Positions 12,355 through 25,667 are shown, numbered from the stretch's first letter. The stretch: DNA of 64,000 nt from Octopus sinensis (GCF_006345805.1 NC_043001.1:127100001-127164000), one strand, 5' to 3'. Notes: generated from the letters alone by a model not told the origin. Numbers and translations are program-made.

Positions 12355-13200
12355 CAGAGCAACCTGGGTTCTCGACCATAATTTGTTCTGAAAGTCTGTT
12401 CTAAAACCGAATTGTTCGAAAACCGAATCATTTTTCCCCATTACAATTAATGTAAAAGAGATTAATTCGTTTGCAAGCACTAGATGAATGCTTATTTACA
12501 TGCTTACACTATATATTTTAGTATAAAAACGTTTATTCAAACTGTGACACACAAAAGTGTGTTATGTTTTTAGAAAGGGAGTCTATAAAAACTTCTGGTA
12601 ACTGTCTTCCGGGGGTTTCTTCCCTTCTCTATCTCTTTGGCTCAGGTAAATCTTTCTCTGGGGTTCCTCTTCTTTTCTTTTATTTCAGTAAAAACCTGTC
12701 CAATGTTAGTTGTTTTTGCCTTGGTTGTAAAATTTTTCTTAAAGGAACATGGTATTGTCATTGTAAAGGTTCACTGCTCTATAAGCGTAATATTTTTCCA
12801 CAAAATTTTTCACATCACCCCATTTAGTACAAATTTCTTTGATTAAAGTACTTGGGACATCCTCCTTTCCTTCTCCTCCTCAGAAGACACTTCCTCAGCC
12901 AAAAGTCTTTTGATGTTCATTTTGAAGGTATACGAACTCTTCGGTGGTAAGCTCAGTACGATGGTTCTCCCCCAGCTCTTCATTATCTTCATTGTCGACA
13001 TCCAAGCCCATAGTTTTTCCCATAGAGACAATATCATCAACAATAGCAATTTCCCCGACAGCAGCAGTACTTGCAGCTGTCTCAAACCCCTGAAAGTTGC
13101 GCTCTGGTACACAGTCTGGCCTAAGCTTCCTTCATGCTGATTTCATGGTCCTGGAACTCACTTGGTTCCATGCATTATCAATACGATTAACACAATTCAG
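12355..13200 (-). mobile_element. Tigger/pogo transposon 3' remnant
   Basis: IDNAWNQVSSRTMKSA*RKLRPDCVPERNFQGFE..VDDIVSMGKTMGLDVD..ELTTEE; TA-CAG terminus near 12353. Confidence 0.8.
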
Positions 13201-13352
13201 GATATTGAAATGATGTTTTCAAAATTCTCTGTGAATTATCCGAGTGTCATTGTGACTTGAAAACACTTTCGAAACGGCCTTTGTGTAAAGTTTCTTAAAG
13301 TTTGCCATTAACCTGTAGGTCAATTGGTTGGTTGTGTGTGTATGTGAGAGAA

Positions 13353-13397
<45 letters not shown>

Positions 13398-13423
13398 GTG
13401 TGTGTGTAAATATAATACAAAGT

Positions 13424-13835
13424 AGGCGCAGGAGTGGCTGTGTGGCAAGAAGCTTGGTCCCAGCCACATGGTTCCGGGTTCAGTTCTTTGGGGAAATGTC
13501 TACTATAGCCTCAGGCCGACCAAAACCTTGTGAGTGGATTTGGTAGACGGAAACTGAAAGAAGCCATCGTATATATATATATATATATATAATATATATA
13601 TATTTACACATTTATGTATGTATGTATTATTTGTGTGTCTGTGTTTGTCCCCCACCATCGTTCGAAAACCAATGTTGGTGTGTTTACATCCCCATAACTT
13701 AGTAGTTCGACAAAGGTGTCCGATAGATAGAATAAGTACTAGGCTTACAATGAATAAATCCTGGGGTTGATTTGTTCGACTAACGGCGGTGCTCCAGCAT
13801 AGCCACAGTCAAATGACTGAAACTATAAAAGAATA
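13424..13835 (+). mobile_element. SINE family B
   Basis: Matches the family consensus. Confidence 0.8.
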
Positions 13836-13849
13836 AAATAATAAATATA

Positions 13850-14702
13850 TATATAAAATAAAAGAAGGAAAATGCTCTCAGTTTACATAGTTTTGATGTA
13901 TTTTAATATATTTTATAAGTGAAAGAGTATTGCGTCTGTCAACCGGTTTCGCTTTCGCTAATCATGACATTGAAATTATTGTAATTTCGTATTCTCGTAG
14001 CCCTTGTTGTGTATAGGAGTTTGTGAATGAAATGAAACCAATGGTTTAGAAATGTGGACCCCCAAACTGAAGAACATGCCCCAACCTGTTGGAAGACTCG
14101 GAATTCCTATTCAAACAAGGAGAGATGTTCACAATTATAACCAACTCCACTTGTACTTCCGAGAGTCTAATTATATCATAGGACAGACAAGTATTCCACC
14201 TAGAGGGAGACCCACACTACATAAGGAACAGATCTGTCTCCCAGTGTACAGGCAGATTCCTTTGAGTGAACATAGAGAGATGTATATGTAATATCCAACC
14301 ACACCTCACTGTTTCCCCCGTCTTCCAGTGCAAAGAAACGATTTCTGTACAAGAACGTTTCAGATACCGAAAAATACAGAACACGCCTAAATATAAACGC
14401 ATAATCAACTTTGGTTTTCACATACCCATCACTATAAATACTTCATCTTACTACTTTAGCTTTTGAGTTTTTTATATTTATTTATGCCCTTCCAAAAACA
14501 TGAGCAATTACTTCTCCTGTCCCGAATAATAACGATCATCAATTACCTCCCCTAAAATCTTCTTAAGGGAATACGAATTATAATATCTTTCAATGTCATA
14601 ATTAGCGAAAGAGAAACCAATCTACAAACAATACTCTTTCACTTATAAAAAATATATTGAACCTCTGTAAACTGTGTGCATTTTCCTTCTTTTATTTATA
14701 TA
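13850..14702 (+). mobile_element. Penelope-like element remnant: GIY-YIG-type endonuclease tail bracketed by about 140-bp inverted repeats
   Basis: GEMFTIITNSTCTSESLI.., LHKEQI..YRQIPLSEH, frameshifted; inverted repeats about 13850-13996 vs 14567-14702; TA-rich or (TA)n flanks. Confidence 0.75.
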
Positions 14703-16129
14703 TATATATATATATATTTTATATATATATTTTTTGTATTACAACTCACCACGTGGAAATGATCAAAACTCTACTCCTCCCTTTTTCTTACTATATGTGT
14801 GTGTGTGTGTAATGATATATAATGATATATAGTGATATCCAAGGATCCAAGTGTAGGAAGTTAGTAAGCATCAAGCTGTCTGTAGAAGGTATAAAAACAA
14901 CTTTCAGGAACAATAATATATATCAAAACAAGAGATTGGAAAAAATGCTTTGCATCATTTAATCAACACTGTACGTGTTTCATTTGCTAATAAGAGTTAC
15001 AAAATTGTACATATACGTTAAGCATTTAAAATATATCCTATTAGAAATTCTTGAGACAGAACATCAAATTATATTATCATATGTTTCTTGTCTAAAGAAT
15101 TTTTGATAGCAGATATCTTATATATTTCCACTACAAGTACAATTTTGCAACTCCCACTAGCAAATGAAACACGTGTAATGGTGAATGAATGATACGAATT
15201 TTTTTTTGGAATCATCTCTTTTTATATGTAGCTATTCTGCAAAGAATAATTTCCAGTATTTTTCATATCTTGTGCATACATCACACAAATATAACAAAAA
15301 TACACAACTTTGGAATACCGGGATAAGCAGATGTGATTCACGGACTCACAGCTTGGATTATAATCCTGTCTGCATTATATATAAATATATATATATATAG
15401 GTGTGCGTGGCTGAGATTTGTGTGAAGTTATTATGATTTTAAGAAACAATGTATATGTATGCATGTAATAGATTTGAGTGTGTGCGGATGCATATTTCGT
15501 TCTTGCATTATTGTTTATGTTGCTGTGCTCCTGCGTGTTTTGCAGTACACTTCTGTATTTAGTTGTGTACGATGTTGTTTGATTAGGAATGTGTCTATTG
15601 TGTGTGTGTGTGTGTGTATGCGTGTGTGCCACTTAAATGTATGTATGCGCGTGTCCCACTTAAAATGTATGTGTGTGTTATTGGCTTTCAATCTGTGATT
15701 GTTGTGACTAGTGGGTATGTGAGTTTGTACGTGAATGAGCTTGTGTGTGTGTGTGTGTGTGGTGTGTGTGTGTGTGTGCGTGCGTGCGTGTGTGTGTGTG
15801 TGTACGTGTGAGTGTGTGTGTGTGTGTGTACGTGTGTGTGTGTGTGTGTTGTGTGTGTGTGTGTGTCGCGTTGCTTAGTTTCGTGTTTCTGTACGAGCAT
15901 GCTCGCTGTGTTTTATGAATTTTAGGGGTGTAGTGTGAAAGTCTTACAATGTTTTCATACGGTGCATATATGTATGCATGTGTTGTTGTGTGTATGTAAG
16001 TAACGTGTGTGTGAGTGTGTTTGTGCGTGTGAGTGTGTTTGTGCGTGTGTATTTTTCTTCTTTTGAGATTTTGTGTGTGTGTTGCTCTGTTGATGTGTAT
16101 GAGGCTCGAACCTTGTATATGTATACAGA

Positions 16130-16338
16130 TCGCCATGTTGATTCGCTAGCTTCTGCACGCATTTTTTTCTCTCCTTGTTTCTCTCCGTGATTCTTTTCTG
16201 TGTATCTTTCTGTTGAAGAGCGTAGGCTCGAAACGTAAAAGACTTGTTTTATTTATATTCCTGTGCGCCATACTGATACAATTGTTTGTTTGTATTCCAC
16301 CTGCCTTCGTCTTTTGTTTATTTTCATAAAGCTTCCCG

Positions 16339-16345
<7 letters not shown>
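16130..16345 (+). mobile_element. about 215-bp repeat family carrying the CUGUNGA hammerhead-like motif
   Basis: Copies at 5665-5880(-), 16130-16345(+) and about 18245-18385(+); 3' ends abut TA runs. Confidence 0.75.
16205..16242 (+). ncRNA. minimal hammerhead-like motif with CUGUUGA core (copy 2)
   Basis: Identical motif to 5766-5803. Confidence 0.45.
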
Positions 16346-16375
<30 letters not shown>

Positions 16376-16845
16376 GTGTGAGTAGGTGTATGATAGTATA
16401 ATTATGCGATTGCATGCATATGTGTAGGTGTGTCTGCATGTGATTTAAGAGTGTGCGATTGGCTCTTGCGGCTGTATGTGTATGTTGTGACGATCTGTGT
16501 TCACGGAGGCGTTGGAGACGTTATGTGGAGAGTGTAATACGTCTATGTATGTGTGTTCTTATGTCAGATCGTTGAACAAATCCGGGGGAAGTCAATATAT
16601 GTGATCAATGCTGAGAATTCGTATGAGCTTCTAATATTACATGTATTAACTCAAATGAATTGAATATTATTCAATAGGCAATGCTATAGTTAGTAAAAGC
16701 GAAACAAATAGCTTAAATAAATTACTATATAAGAAATGAAGTAATATAATCTGAATAAATCCAAACTAACCAAATGTAAAACATACACACCCTCGTATGT
16801 ATACATACATACATACATACATACATACATACATACATGCACACA

Positions 16846-16893
<48 letters not shown>

Positions 16894-17455
16894 ATGCACA
16901 CAGTATAAAGATATTACAATAAGAGCTACTAATAGTTTCTTGCTGTGGAGACATGCGGCTAGGTAGTTGTTTATGACGTGGTTTGTGTCCCGAAGCAATC
17001 TTTAGGTTCTGCGCACATGGCTTGTTCTGTTTGAAAATTAGAACTTTGGTACATGAGAGAGGTTGATACAATAAGTGGAAAAGAGAATACAAACTGAAAA
17101 AGAAAAGAAAAAAGAAAAAGGAAAAATTAGAGTAACATTCCCTTTGACCACAGAGCGTACAATTAAACTAGCTTTAGAATAATTCAACGGAGAGGGGCCC
17201 GCTCAATCCGGAGAGGATGACGTTATAAAAATCTGCCTCACCTCGTGTCTTCATAGCAAGAAATTATTTACGTCTCACCTAGATGGATTACTTTTTGTTG
17301 ATCTTACATTAACGGAACAGTAACGATATATATTTTTATTTAAATAACTATTTATATATGTAAGTATGTGTGTGTGTGTGTGCGTGTGTGTGTGTGCGTG
17401 CATGTGTGTGCTTGTATGTATATGTAATTATATAATTATGTATTGTAACGACGAA

Positions 17456-17842
17456 GTGGTGGCGCAATGGCCCAGTGGTTAGGGCAGCGGACTCGCGGTC
17501 GTAGGATCGTGGTTTCGATTCCCAAACGGGGCGCTGTGAGTGTTTATTGAGCGAAAACACCTAAAAGCTCCACGAGACTCCGGCAGGGATGATGGTGATC
17601 CCTGCTGTACTCTTTCACCACAACTTTCTCTCACTCTTACTTCCTGTTTCTGTTGTACCTGTATTTCAAAGGGCCGGCCTTGTCACTCTCTGTGTCACGC
17701 TGAATATCCCCGAGAACTACGTTAAGGGTACACGGGTCTGTGGAGTGCTCAGCCACTTACACGTTACTTTCACGAGCAGGCTGTTCCGCTGATCGGATCA
17801 ACCGGAACCCTCGTCGTCGTAACCGACGGAGTGCTTCCATCC
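17456..17842 (+). mobile_element. SINE family C (tRNA-derived head)
   Basis: A box tggcccagtgg and B box ggtttcgattcc; other copies at 44520-44945(-), 58031-58420(+), variants 51672-51950 and 52308-52585, head only 4010-4117(-). Confidence 0.85.
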
Positions 17843-18253
17843 ATTGTAACGACAGACAATTTCGCAAATGGTTTGATTAAATCATTATAAATCAACCATA
17901 TTTTTATTCGATGAGCTGATGCGGGACTAAGGTAGATATATTCCGTAGTGTAATGGCGGTGCCCCAGCATGGCCACAGCTCAAGAGCTGAAACTGGAAAA
18001 CATAAAACATGAACAATATGTGATCAATGTTGGGAGTTCGTATGTGATTACAAAAGAATTCAAATGCTATATCTATTACTTTTGATAAATTGAATATATT
18101 TCACATATAACAATGTATTTTTCGTATTTTTGCATTAAAAAATATAACTAACGAATTAAGAAATTAAAAAAAGTGTAATGCAATGTAAATTAATGTAAAG
18201 CAACTCACCACCCCACCTCCCTCCCTCTCTCTTGTTCTCTCTTTCTCTGTGTC

Positions 18254-18291
18254 TCTTTCTGTAGAAGAGCGTAGGCTCGAAACGTAAAAGA
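18254..18291 (+). ncRNA. minimal hammerhead-like motif with CUGUAGA core (copy 3)
   Basis: Same motif, differing only at position 7. Confidence 0.45.
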
Positions 18292-18449
18292 CTTTTTTCT
18301 ATTCCTGAGCGTTATACTAATACATCTGTTTGCTTTGTACACCACTTGTCTTCGTCTTTTGTTTTTTTTCATAAACACTCCCTATATATATTTTTTTTTC
18401 TAGTTTCAGCTCAGAGCTGCGGCCATGCTGATGCACCGCCGTTTATATA

Positions 18450-18511
<62 letters not shown>

Positions 18512-19159
18512 TATATAGGTACATGACGTCACACAACGTAAGCAACATACGAAAACAACATGAAATACGAAGACAGGCTTGGGTTTGCGAATAACGAGAG
18601 AAACGAATGGAAAACAAGACAAATAACCCAAAGAACGACCCTTCGTCATTTGTCGTTAAATGCTCGAAATGAGTAGATAGACTCCATAGATACTAATCCA
18701 CACATACTGGGCCCATACTATACAAGCTAACATAGAAATACATGCACACACGTGCGCGCGCCTTAAACATATTGAAAAGAAGTAACTGACTTATTATAAT
18801 TACATCTCGAGTCAGTTCTCCTATGTTCCAAACCTCGTTTCTTCTCCTTTTCTCCCGGTCAGCCAACATATGACATAGACCAACAAGTATTTTTGTTTCT
18901 TCCCTTTCTACTTTATCTCTTTTCTTTCATAGACCACCAAGCAAATAATCACAGATTGTTCTTGGTTTTCCTTCTGTGTTTTTATTTTTGTCGTATTTTC
19001 TTCTCTCTCTGCACAACCAAGCGTCCACTTACTCCGTTTTTTTTTTTTGCTACTCTCCCCTATCCTATCCTAAGCTCTTTCTCTTGGAACTACCTTACCC
19101 TATAGAATTTTCTCGGATTACCATCAGATTACACAGAATACTCTGTTTTGGGATCTTTT

Positions 19160-20150
19160 CTATTACTGTCACAGTTTTGTATTCTTTTTAATTTTATTTC
19201 AGTTGTTTTAAAATCTGATATACTGATGTAATTTTGTATGCTAATTATGAGAATGAAATTCATTTTTGCCACAAACTAATAAATAAAAAGTTGATAGTTT
19301 TTAAAGTTTGCACATTTTGAATAATTTCAGCCAGTCGAAAGCCAAAGACATTTTGGTGCCTATTTCCATTGTAATAAGTCGAGCTTAAAACTACCGCCAC
19401 GTGTATTGTCTTTACTTGTCTATTTTTTAAACTTGCATGTTTGAATTTTCACTACAAGAATGTATTTATTGTTTACCTGAACGGAAGTAGTTATACTACA
19501 ATATAACGTACAGTTTCTTTCTTTCTTTTTTTCTTTCTAATTTTTTTTTCTAATTTTTCGCAAAATCTTTCATTTGAGAATTTTTCCTTTCTAAGTTGTT
19601 TACATGTCTGTTCGAACGTTTCAACGTTGAACCCCAACTCTAAGCCCTAACTTTAACCCTATCCAAAACCTTAATTCTCGCCCTAAATCATAATCCTAAA
19701 ACCTTACTCTAACCCTAATCCCTAAACCCTAATTCTAACCCTTAGCTCCAAACCTAATATACAACATGTTTGTTTTGTAATATTTCGCATAAGAATTCGT
19801 GTTTTTTTTTTTCATTTCAAAATTATTTATATGCTTGTTCGACCGTTTCACATGACTTTATTCATTAAAACTTATTAAAACCTCAAAACTTCTTTCAACT
19901 CTCTTCGTCGTAATGTCTTTTCTTTCATTTTGTGATAGACAACTTTCACGCAGAAAATGCCAGCTCCAAATCCTATTTCTGACTGGCTAAAAATTATCAG
20001 ACTTTAAACTGCTGTAACAGTTTTCTAAACTTTTTCTGAAACAAGTGAATAACAATGTCAGTTTCCGCCTGTAAAATTACATCAATATACGAAATTTGAA
20101 AAGTTCATCTAATTCTAAAATTTCAAAAGATGTGTCAGCTACAGAAAACC
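19160..20150. mobile_element. old foldback-like element with degenerate (CCCTAA)-like interior
   Basis: Matching inverted blocks, e.g. ataatttcagccagtcgaaa (19321-19340) vs tttctgactggctaaaaattat (19975-19997); degenerate aaccctaa repeats about 19626-19760. Confidence 0.45.
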
Positions 20151-20269
20151 CACTGTTTTTTTATTTGTTTTTTTTTTTCGACGTACCAAATTAATATGAG
20201 CTTTTCTTTACATCTCTCTCGTCCCTTTTCTCTTTCCACTCCACCAATATGCCTGTTCTCAAATTCTTC

Positions 20270-20950
20270 CTTCATGACGTTTGTACCCTTTTAAGCAATC
20301 CTTCACTCTCTTCTTCGAGTGATATCCAGCCATACCTCCAAATTTCTTAACTACTGTTTAAAATTACCCGCTATCCCATATATACGAGAGGGTACTGAAA
20401 AGTTCCTGGCTTTGGGGAAAAGAAAATACAGGAGGAACAGTTAATTATGACTTTATTCAACATATTCCCCTCTCAGATTCACACACTTATTGCAGCAGTC
20501 CTGTTTTTCTAAGCCCTGTAAAAGAACTCGGAAGGTTGGGTCTCCAATCAGGCCTTTCAAGTTATCCTTAAACTATGGACTTTTCAGCACCCCTTTGTAC
20601 CAGTTTCGTTAGCCGTTGCCTTCACCACCACCTCATTCCTCATGGCTTCCGTCTCTATATCCATCCCACACCCTACATCACAGAATCAAAAGATCGTAAT
20701 GCATTACCTCTCTTCATGTGGGATATCATCCACTCCACCCTGTCCCAAATATGCATCCCTCTGCCATCTTCCGCATACTTGTGTCCTTTTATCCCCTACG
20801 TAACCTCACGCCCAGTTCTTCATCCGTTTCATCAATCATCTCAACCGTTTGCACATGGCCGTATGAAGAGCGCCTCTTGATGCTAGTGTCACGAGGCAAA
20901 TTATGGAGCACCATGAAGGATATTGGACAGAATATAATCAGTTCCTAACA
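20270..20950 (+). mobile_element. probable PLE ORF N-terminal remnant, interrupted by a MITE
   Basis: SFVSRCLHHHLIPHGFRL resembles the N-terminal region of molluscan PLE ORFs, as recalled. Confidence 0.4.
20385..20597. mobile_element. mariner-type MITE
   Basis: TA-CGAGAGGGTACTGAAAAGTTCC .. GGACTTTTCAGCACCCCTTTG-TA. Confidence 0.8.
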
Positions 20951-21582
20951 AGTTAATATGGATACTTATTTTACAATGAGTGAACAATAAAAACAATGTG
21001 GTGCTTTGGTATTACTGGTATTTTGAATTATAAATATGATGTACCAAACAAGATACAGAAAAATGAGCATTTCATCTCCCACATTCTCTTTCTTTCTAGC
21101 GTTCATTCTTTCTTTCCGTCTTTCTTCCGTCGTTGTTTCTGTTCTTTTTTTGTGTGAGTGGTTCCACGTTTTCTCTCTCACTCTATTTTATTCTCATTCT
21201 ATATACAATCATATATGAATATATTCATATAAGTATTTCTGTGTGTACGGGGTTTATAAGAAAAATAGGGATATATTATATGTGTGAGTGTACAATGTGA
21301 ATATAGAAAACTTTTGTGAGTATATGTATGTGTATGTATACGCGTATACATGTATGTATATATATATATACACATATATGTATACATATGTACATCCATA
21401 CATATATACATATATATGCACCTAATGTATCTGTACAAACTAATACCTATGTATTTACACACACACACACACACACATACATTTATAAAACTGTCCGACG
21501 AAAAGGAACGGGAAGCTCTGAGTAACAGTTTTTGTGATAATTTTGCTGCTTTTTAATAAAGTATATATAATATATTATATAT

Positions 21583-21645
<63 letters not shown>

Positions 21646-21858
21646 ATGCATATACGCATATACACATATATACGCACACATACACACATATATAGTTGTG
21701 CATGAATATGTGTATATGTACAAATGTGAATACATGCATATATGCACATGTATATGGTCGGTGTATGCGGGAGCGAGAGATGGCCCGAACTTCGGTATGA
21801 TTTTTGGGATATGAATTCTTGTAGTACAATCTTTGTTTAGCTGTCCACTGTATATCTG

Positions 21859-22200
21859 TCAACAAAATCTTTGATTGATTTCGCTATTGTAGTTGTTTCG
21901 CAGAGCATCAACGTAAATCCATTCCATGACGCGACTCGGGGGAAGAAGTGTACAGTAAAAGAATCCGCCACCGTCACCACCTTCTTCCACTTCGTTTCCT
22001 GTGCTTTCCACTTCTGTTTCATAGAGATATGCAGTCACGTGTTGTTCGTGTTCGGTGGAGTTCACAAGCAGCTTCCTCTGCCACCATTCCTTTTCATTGT
22101 TTATGTGAATGTCTTCGTGAAAGATGGCGCCCTTGTGTTTCCCGTAGTAACGTTTCAGCACTTCGGGTGGAACTTTGGATAGGGCCGTGACGAACGCCGC
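21859..22200 (-). CDS. alpha/beta-hydrolase-like gene, terminal coding exon (AAFVTALSK..GFFYCTLLPPSRVMEWIYVDALR..RFC*)
   Basis: ctcttatttag acceptor, phase 0, TGA at 21861-21859. The C-terminal G-F-x-Y-C-x-L-L-x-P-x-R-x-M-E-W-I-Y-V-D motif is recalled from uncharacterised invertebrate/protist abhydrolase proteins. Confidence 0.88.
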   Translation of the reverse strand, partial: AAFVTALSKVPPEVLKRYYGKHKGAIFHEDIHINNEKEWWQRKLLVNSTEHEQHVTAYLYETEVESTGNEVEEGGDGGGFFYCTLLPPSRVMEWIYVDALRNNYNSEINQRFC

Positions 22201-22364
22201 CTAAATAAGAGAATTTAAAAGAATGAATAGAAGGAAGAGACAAAGCAATATACAAGCGAATGAATGATTAACTGGACAAACGAATGTACGAATGAATGAA
22301 TGAATGAATGAGCAGACGAATAATTGACTGAAGGGATTGAAGAATGAAAGAATAATGGAATCTC

Positions 22365-22571
22365 TTTTACTCTTTTACTTGTTTCAGGCATTTGACTGCA
22401 GCCATGCTGGAGCACCGCCTTTAGTCGAGCAAACCGACCCCGGGACTTATTCTTTGTAAGCCCAGTACTTATTCTATCGGTCTCTTTTTCCGAACCGCTA
22501 AGTGACGGGGACGTAAACACACCAGCATCGGTTGTCAAGCAATGCTAGGGGGACAAACACACAAACACACA

Positions 22572-22648
<77 letters not shown>

Positions 22649-22800
22649 ACAGGCCTCTTTCAGTTTCCGGCTACCAAATCCACTCACATGGCATTGGTCG
22701 GCCCGAGGCTATAGCAGAAGACACTTGACCAAGATGCCACGCAGTGGGACTGAACCCGGAACCATGTGGTTGGTTAGCAAGCTACTTACCACACAGCCAA
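22365..22800 (-). mobile_element. SINE family B
   Basis: Matches the family consensus, long internal (TA)n. Confidence 0.85.
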
Positions 22801-24329
22801 TACAAACAAATTAAATTTGCAAGCAGCTAGTATTGGGTTCGTTCCTACTGCGCGGTACTTTGGGCAAGAGTCCCGTGCCAGCTAATGCTTTGTGAGTGGC
22901 GTTGAGATAGACGAAAGCTGTGTGGTGGACCGTGGTATATATACATATGTATATATACCTGTGTATGTTTCTCTGTGTTTGTGTTTTTCCCCACCACCCC
23001 TTGACAATTGGAATCGGATTTTTCCCATGTTGCCGTAACTTAACAGTTTGATAGAAGACGCCGATAGATTATGTACCAGACTTTAAATAATACAGCGGTT
23101 GATTTCTTCGACTAAACATTTCAAGGTGGTACCCCAGCTTCGCTGCCGTTCAACGATTAAAACTAGTGCAAGGTAAAAGATAAAAGCAGCTAAATGAAAT
23201 TTAAATATTAGGGTTGACATTGTTTTGTAAATTAAGAGACGAGGTTTTTTGTTTTATTACTTTTTTATGACAAGCAATTGCTGATACCCAAACCGAAGCA
23301 AGCAAGATTTCCTGCCCAACGAGCCACCGAAATGTCTACGGAAAATGCCGTCGCATTAGAGCCGATACAGCTTGGTACCAGAGTCGCCTGCGACGACACT
23401 GTCAGATTAGGGGCTGAAACCTCAATATATGTTATCCAGCACTCAAACGCTTCCGACAATTCACCTCCCTGGAAGCATGATACCATTCAAGTATTCTGGA
23501 ATCGATATAATCAACTATACTTATCCTCTCGGTGTTTGGACAAATGTAAATGTAAAAATCAATATTGAAACAAAAAAATCCACCTCAAATACGGCACGAA
23601 ACTATGTAACATTTACATTCCAGTATATACTTGAGTGTAAATTATAATATTAATGGATTTCTGTCGATTTTGACGATGAGGATCCAGTCGATCAATCAAC
23701 AATTCATTGAATTATCGTAGAAGTGGATGAGTATTCCACAGACACGTGTATCCTTAATATAATTCTGAAGCAGGATCGATTCGACAGTTAGAATCCAACC
23801 AACGGACTTCTACACAGTTTCCATTTACCCAATTTAATTCCCAAGGCATGAGTTGACCCGAATCAATGGTAAAAAATACTTTTCCAAAACACCACTTAGT
23901 GGGATTTTATCCGGCATCATATGGTTGTGATGCAGACATGTTAACCATTCAGCCATGCTTCGTTTACATATCGGGTCCATTCTGTAAAATATATGAGCTT
24001 TTAAAATAAAAAGCAAGCATGTTTTGTGATCGATTGATTAATAGCTTGGTTTGACATCATTTGGCAACTCTAGTCGAGACACGTTTCACAGTTCTCTTCA
24101 GAGTTTAATGTCTTAAATCACCGCACCAAGGTCAAGCACATTATTTTCTAAGTTCCTTGCGATGACATCCGGACAAGAAAGCTTGCTATTTTTCCCCACT
24201 AGCTACCCGAGACGACTTTCCATTTCATCCTTTTGACATAGATAAAATAAGTACCAGTCGAGCACAGGAGAAGATGGTCGATGTAATCGATTGCGTCTTC
24301 CCAAAATTTTCAGCCCTTGTGCCTTTCTA

Positions 24330-24373
<44 letters not shown>

Positions 24374-24405
24374 TAATAATAATAATAATAATATTAATAA
24401 TAATA

Positions 24406-24936
24406 AATGCCCTGATGCAGTACCAGGCAGTGGCCCTCATGGCTTCTGATCTTAAATGATTGAAAGTGTTATCATGTACATTGTTTTGTCTTGGTATAAA
24501 AGATGGGCTACAGCAAATATTCTGCTCAATACCACAGATTCGCTTGTCAGTTGTTTGACCTTAACCAGTTGAGCATGTCCCTTAGTGGCTGACGATATGT
24601 GCATCTCTGATCACGAGCAGAAGTAGTGGGGGAGCATCATAGCCATGTGTTGAGAGGGATTCTTTGGGGTTTGAATAATTCACCTCTGGAAACATGGGTG
24701 GTTCTTTCAACATCCTTAAACAACCCTTATTCAGGGACCTTTTGAGCGGGATGGGCTACTCAACCTGAAGAAAATTCTAACTGGGCCCCACCTGCAAGGT
24801 CATGTGCTGTTTATCTTGATATGAGATCACCATGTCGCGCACATATGGTTGTGATGCATGTGCCTGGTGTACCCTTATTGGGCTTCGTATATTTTACCCC
24901 AGTGTCACTTTGATGGCATGCACTGCTCTCTCACTC
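24406..24936 (+). mobile_element. non-coding repeat family D inserted in (AAT)n
   Basis: Second copy at 59403-59911; both are flanked by (AAT)n on both sides and end ctctctcactc-(aat)n. Confidence 0.8.
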
Positions 24937-25016
<80 letters not shown>

Positions 25017-25040
25017 GCAACAACAACAACAATAATAATA

Positions 25041-25335
25041 GTCGATAGATATGAGGGGTTAGCTTGAGAAGTTAAGCAGTTGTGGTCACTGAAAAAGATG
25101 GTAGTTTTAAAAATAATTGTTGGAGTTCTGGAAACAGTGAGTAAAAACCTTGAGAAGTACATGAAAGAAATAGGGGCTGCAACAAGGGTGGAGCACTTGC
25201 AGAAAACAGAACTGCTGGAAAAAATTCGAATATTCCGGATGATGCTCGAAAATAAAGGGGTGTTACCTTAGTTCACTGATGGTGAACAGCTGGCACCGTA
25301 GTACATCTCCAGCGTTATAAACTGTGCAAAGACAA
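25041..25335 (+). mobile_element. R4/Dong-type LINE extreme 3' fragment
   Basis: LWSLKKMVVLKIIVGVLETVSKNLEKYMKEIG..LQKTELL..; flanked by (AAC)/(AAT)n. Confidence 0.78.
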
Positions 25336-25362
25336 TATAACAACAACAACAACAACAACAAC

Positions 25363-25426
<64 letters not shown>

Positions 25427-25664
25427 TAACATTAATGAAAATCCTTTCTAGTATCGGCGCAAAACCTGAAATTATCACGTCAGACAAAATGCTTAGGGGC
25501 ATTTCTTCCGGTTCTTTACATTCTGAGTTCAAATTCCGCCGAAGTCGGCTGTGCTTTCATGCTTTCTGAGTCGGTAACATATATACCAGTCAGGCATCAG
25601 GGTCAACGTAAACGGCTTACCCACCCCACTCGCAGCTGCTGACCCTGTACCAAAATTTCAAAGC

Positions 25665-25667
<3 letters not shown>

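Noticed and set aside
17215-17240. TGACGT plus TATAAAA promoter
   Set aside because: Short motifs in AT-rich DNA with no associated exon.
23265-23568. Overlapping ORFs in an intron as an extra exon or nested gene
   Set aside because: The gene model closes in phase without it and no recognisable motif was found on either strand.
24060-24105. CTGAAGA..GAAA motif on the minus strand
   Set aside because: No stem II, and stem I forces G at position 17.
24406-24460. 5' ribozyme in family D
   Set aside because: CTGATGC rather than CTGANGA; only a simple hairpin, with neither hammerhead nor HDV topology.
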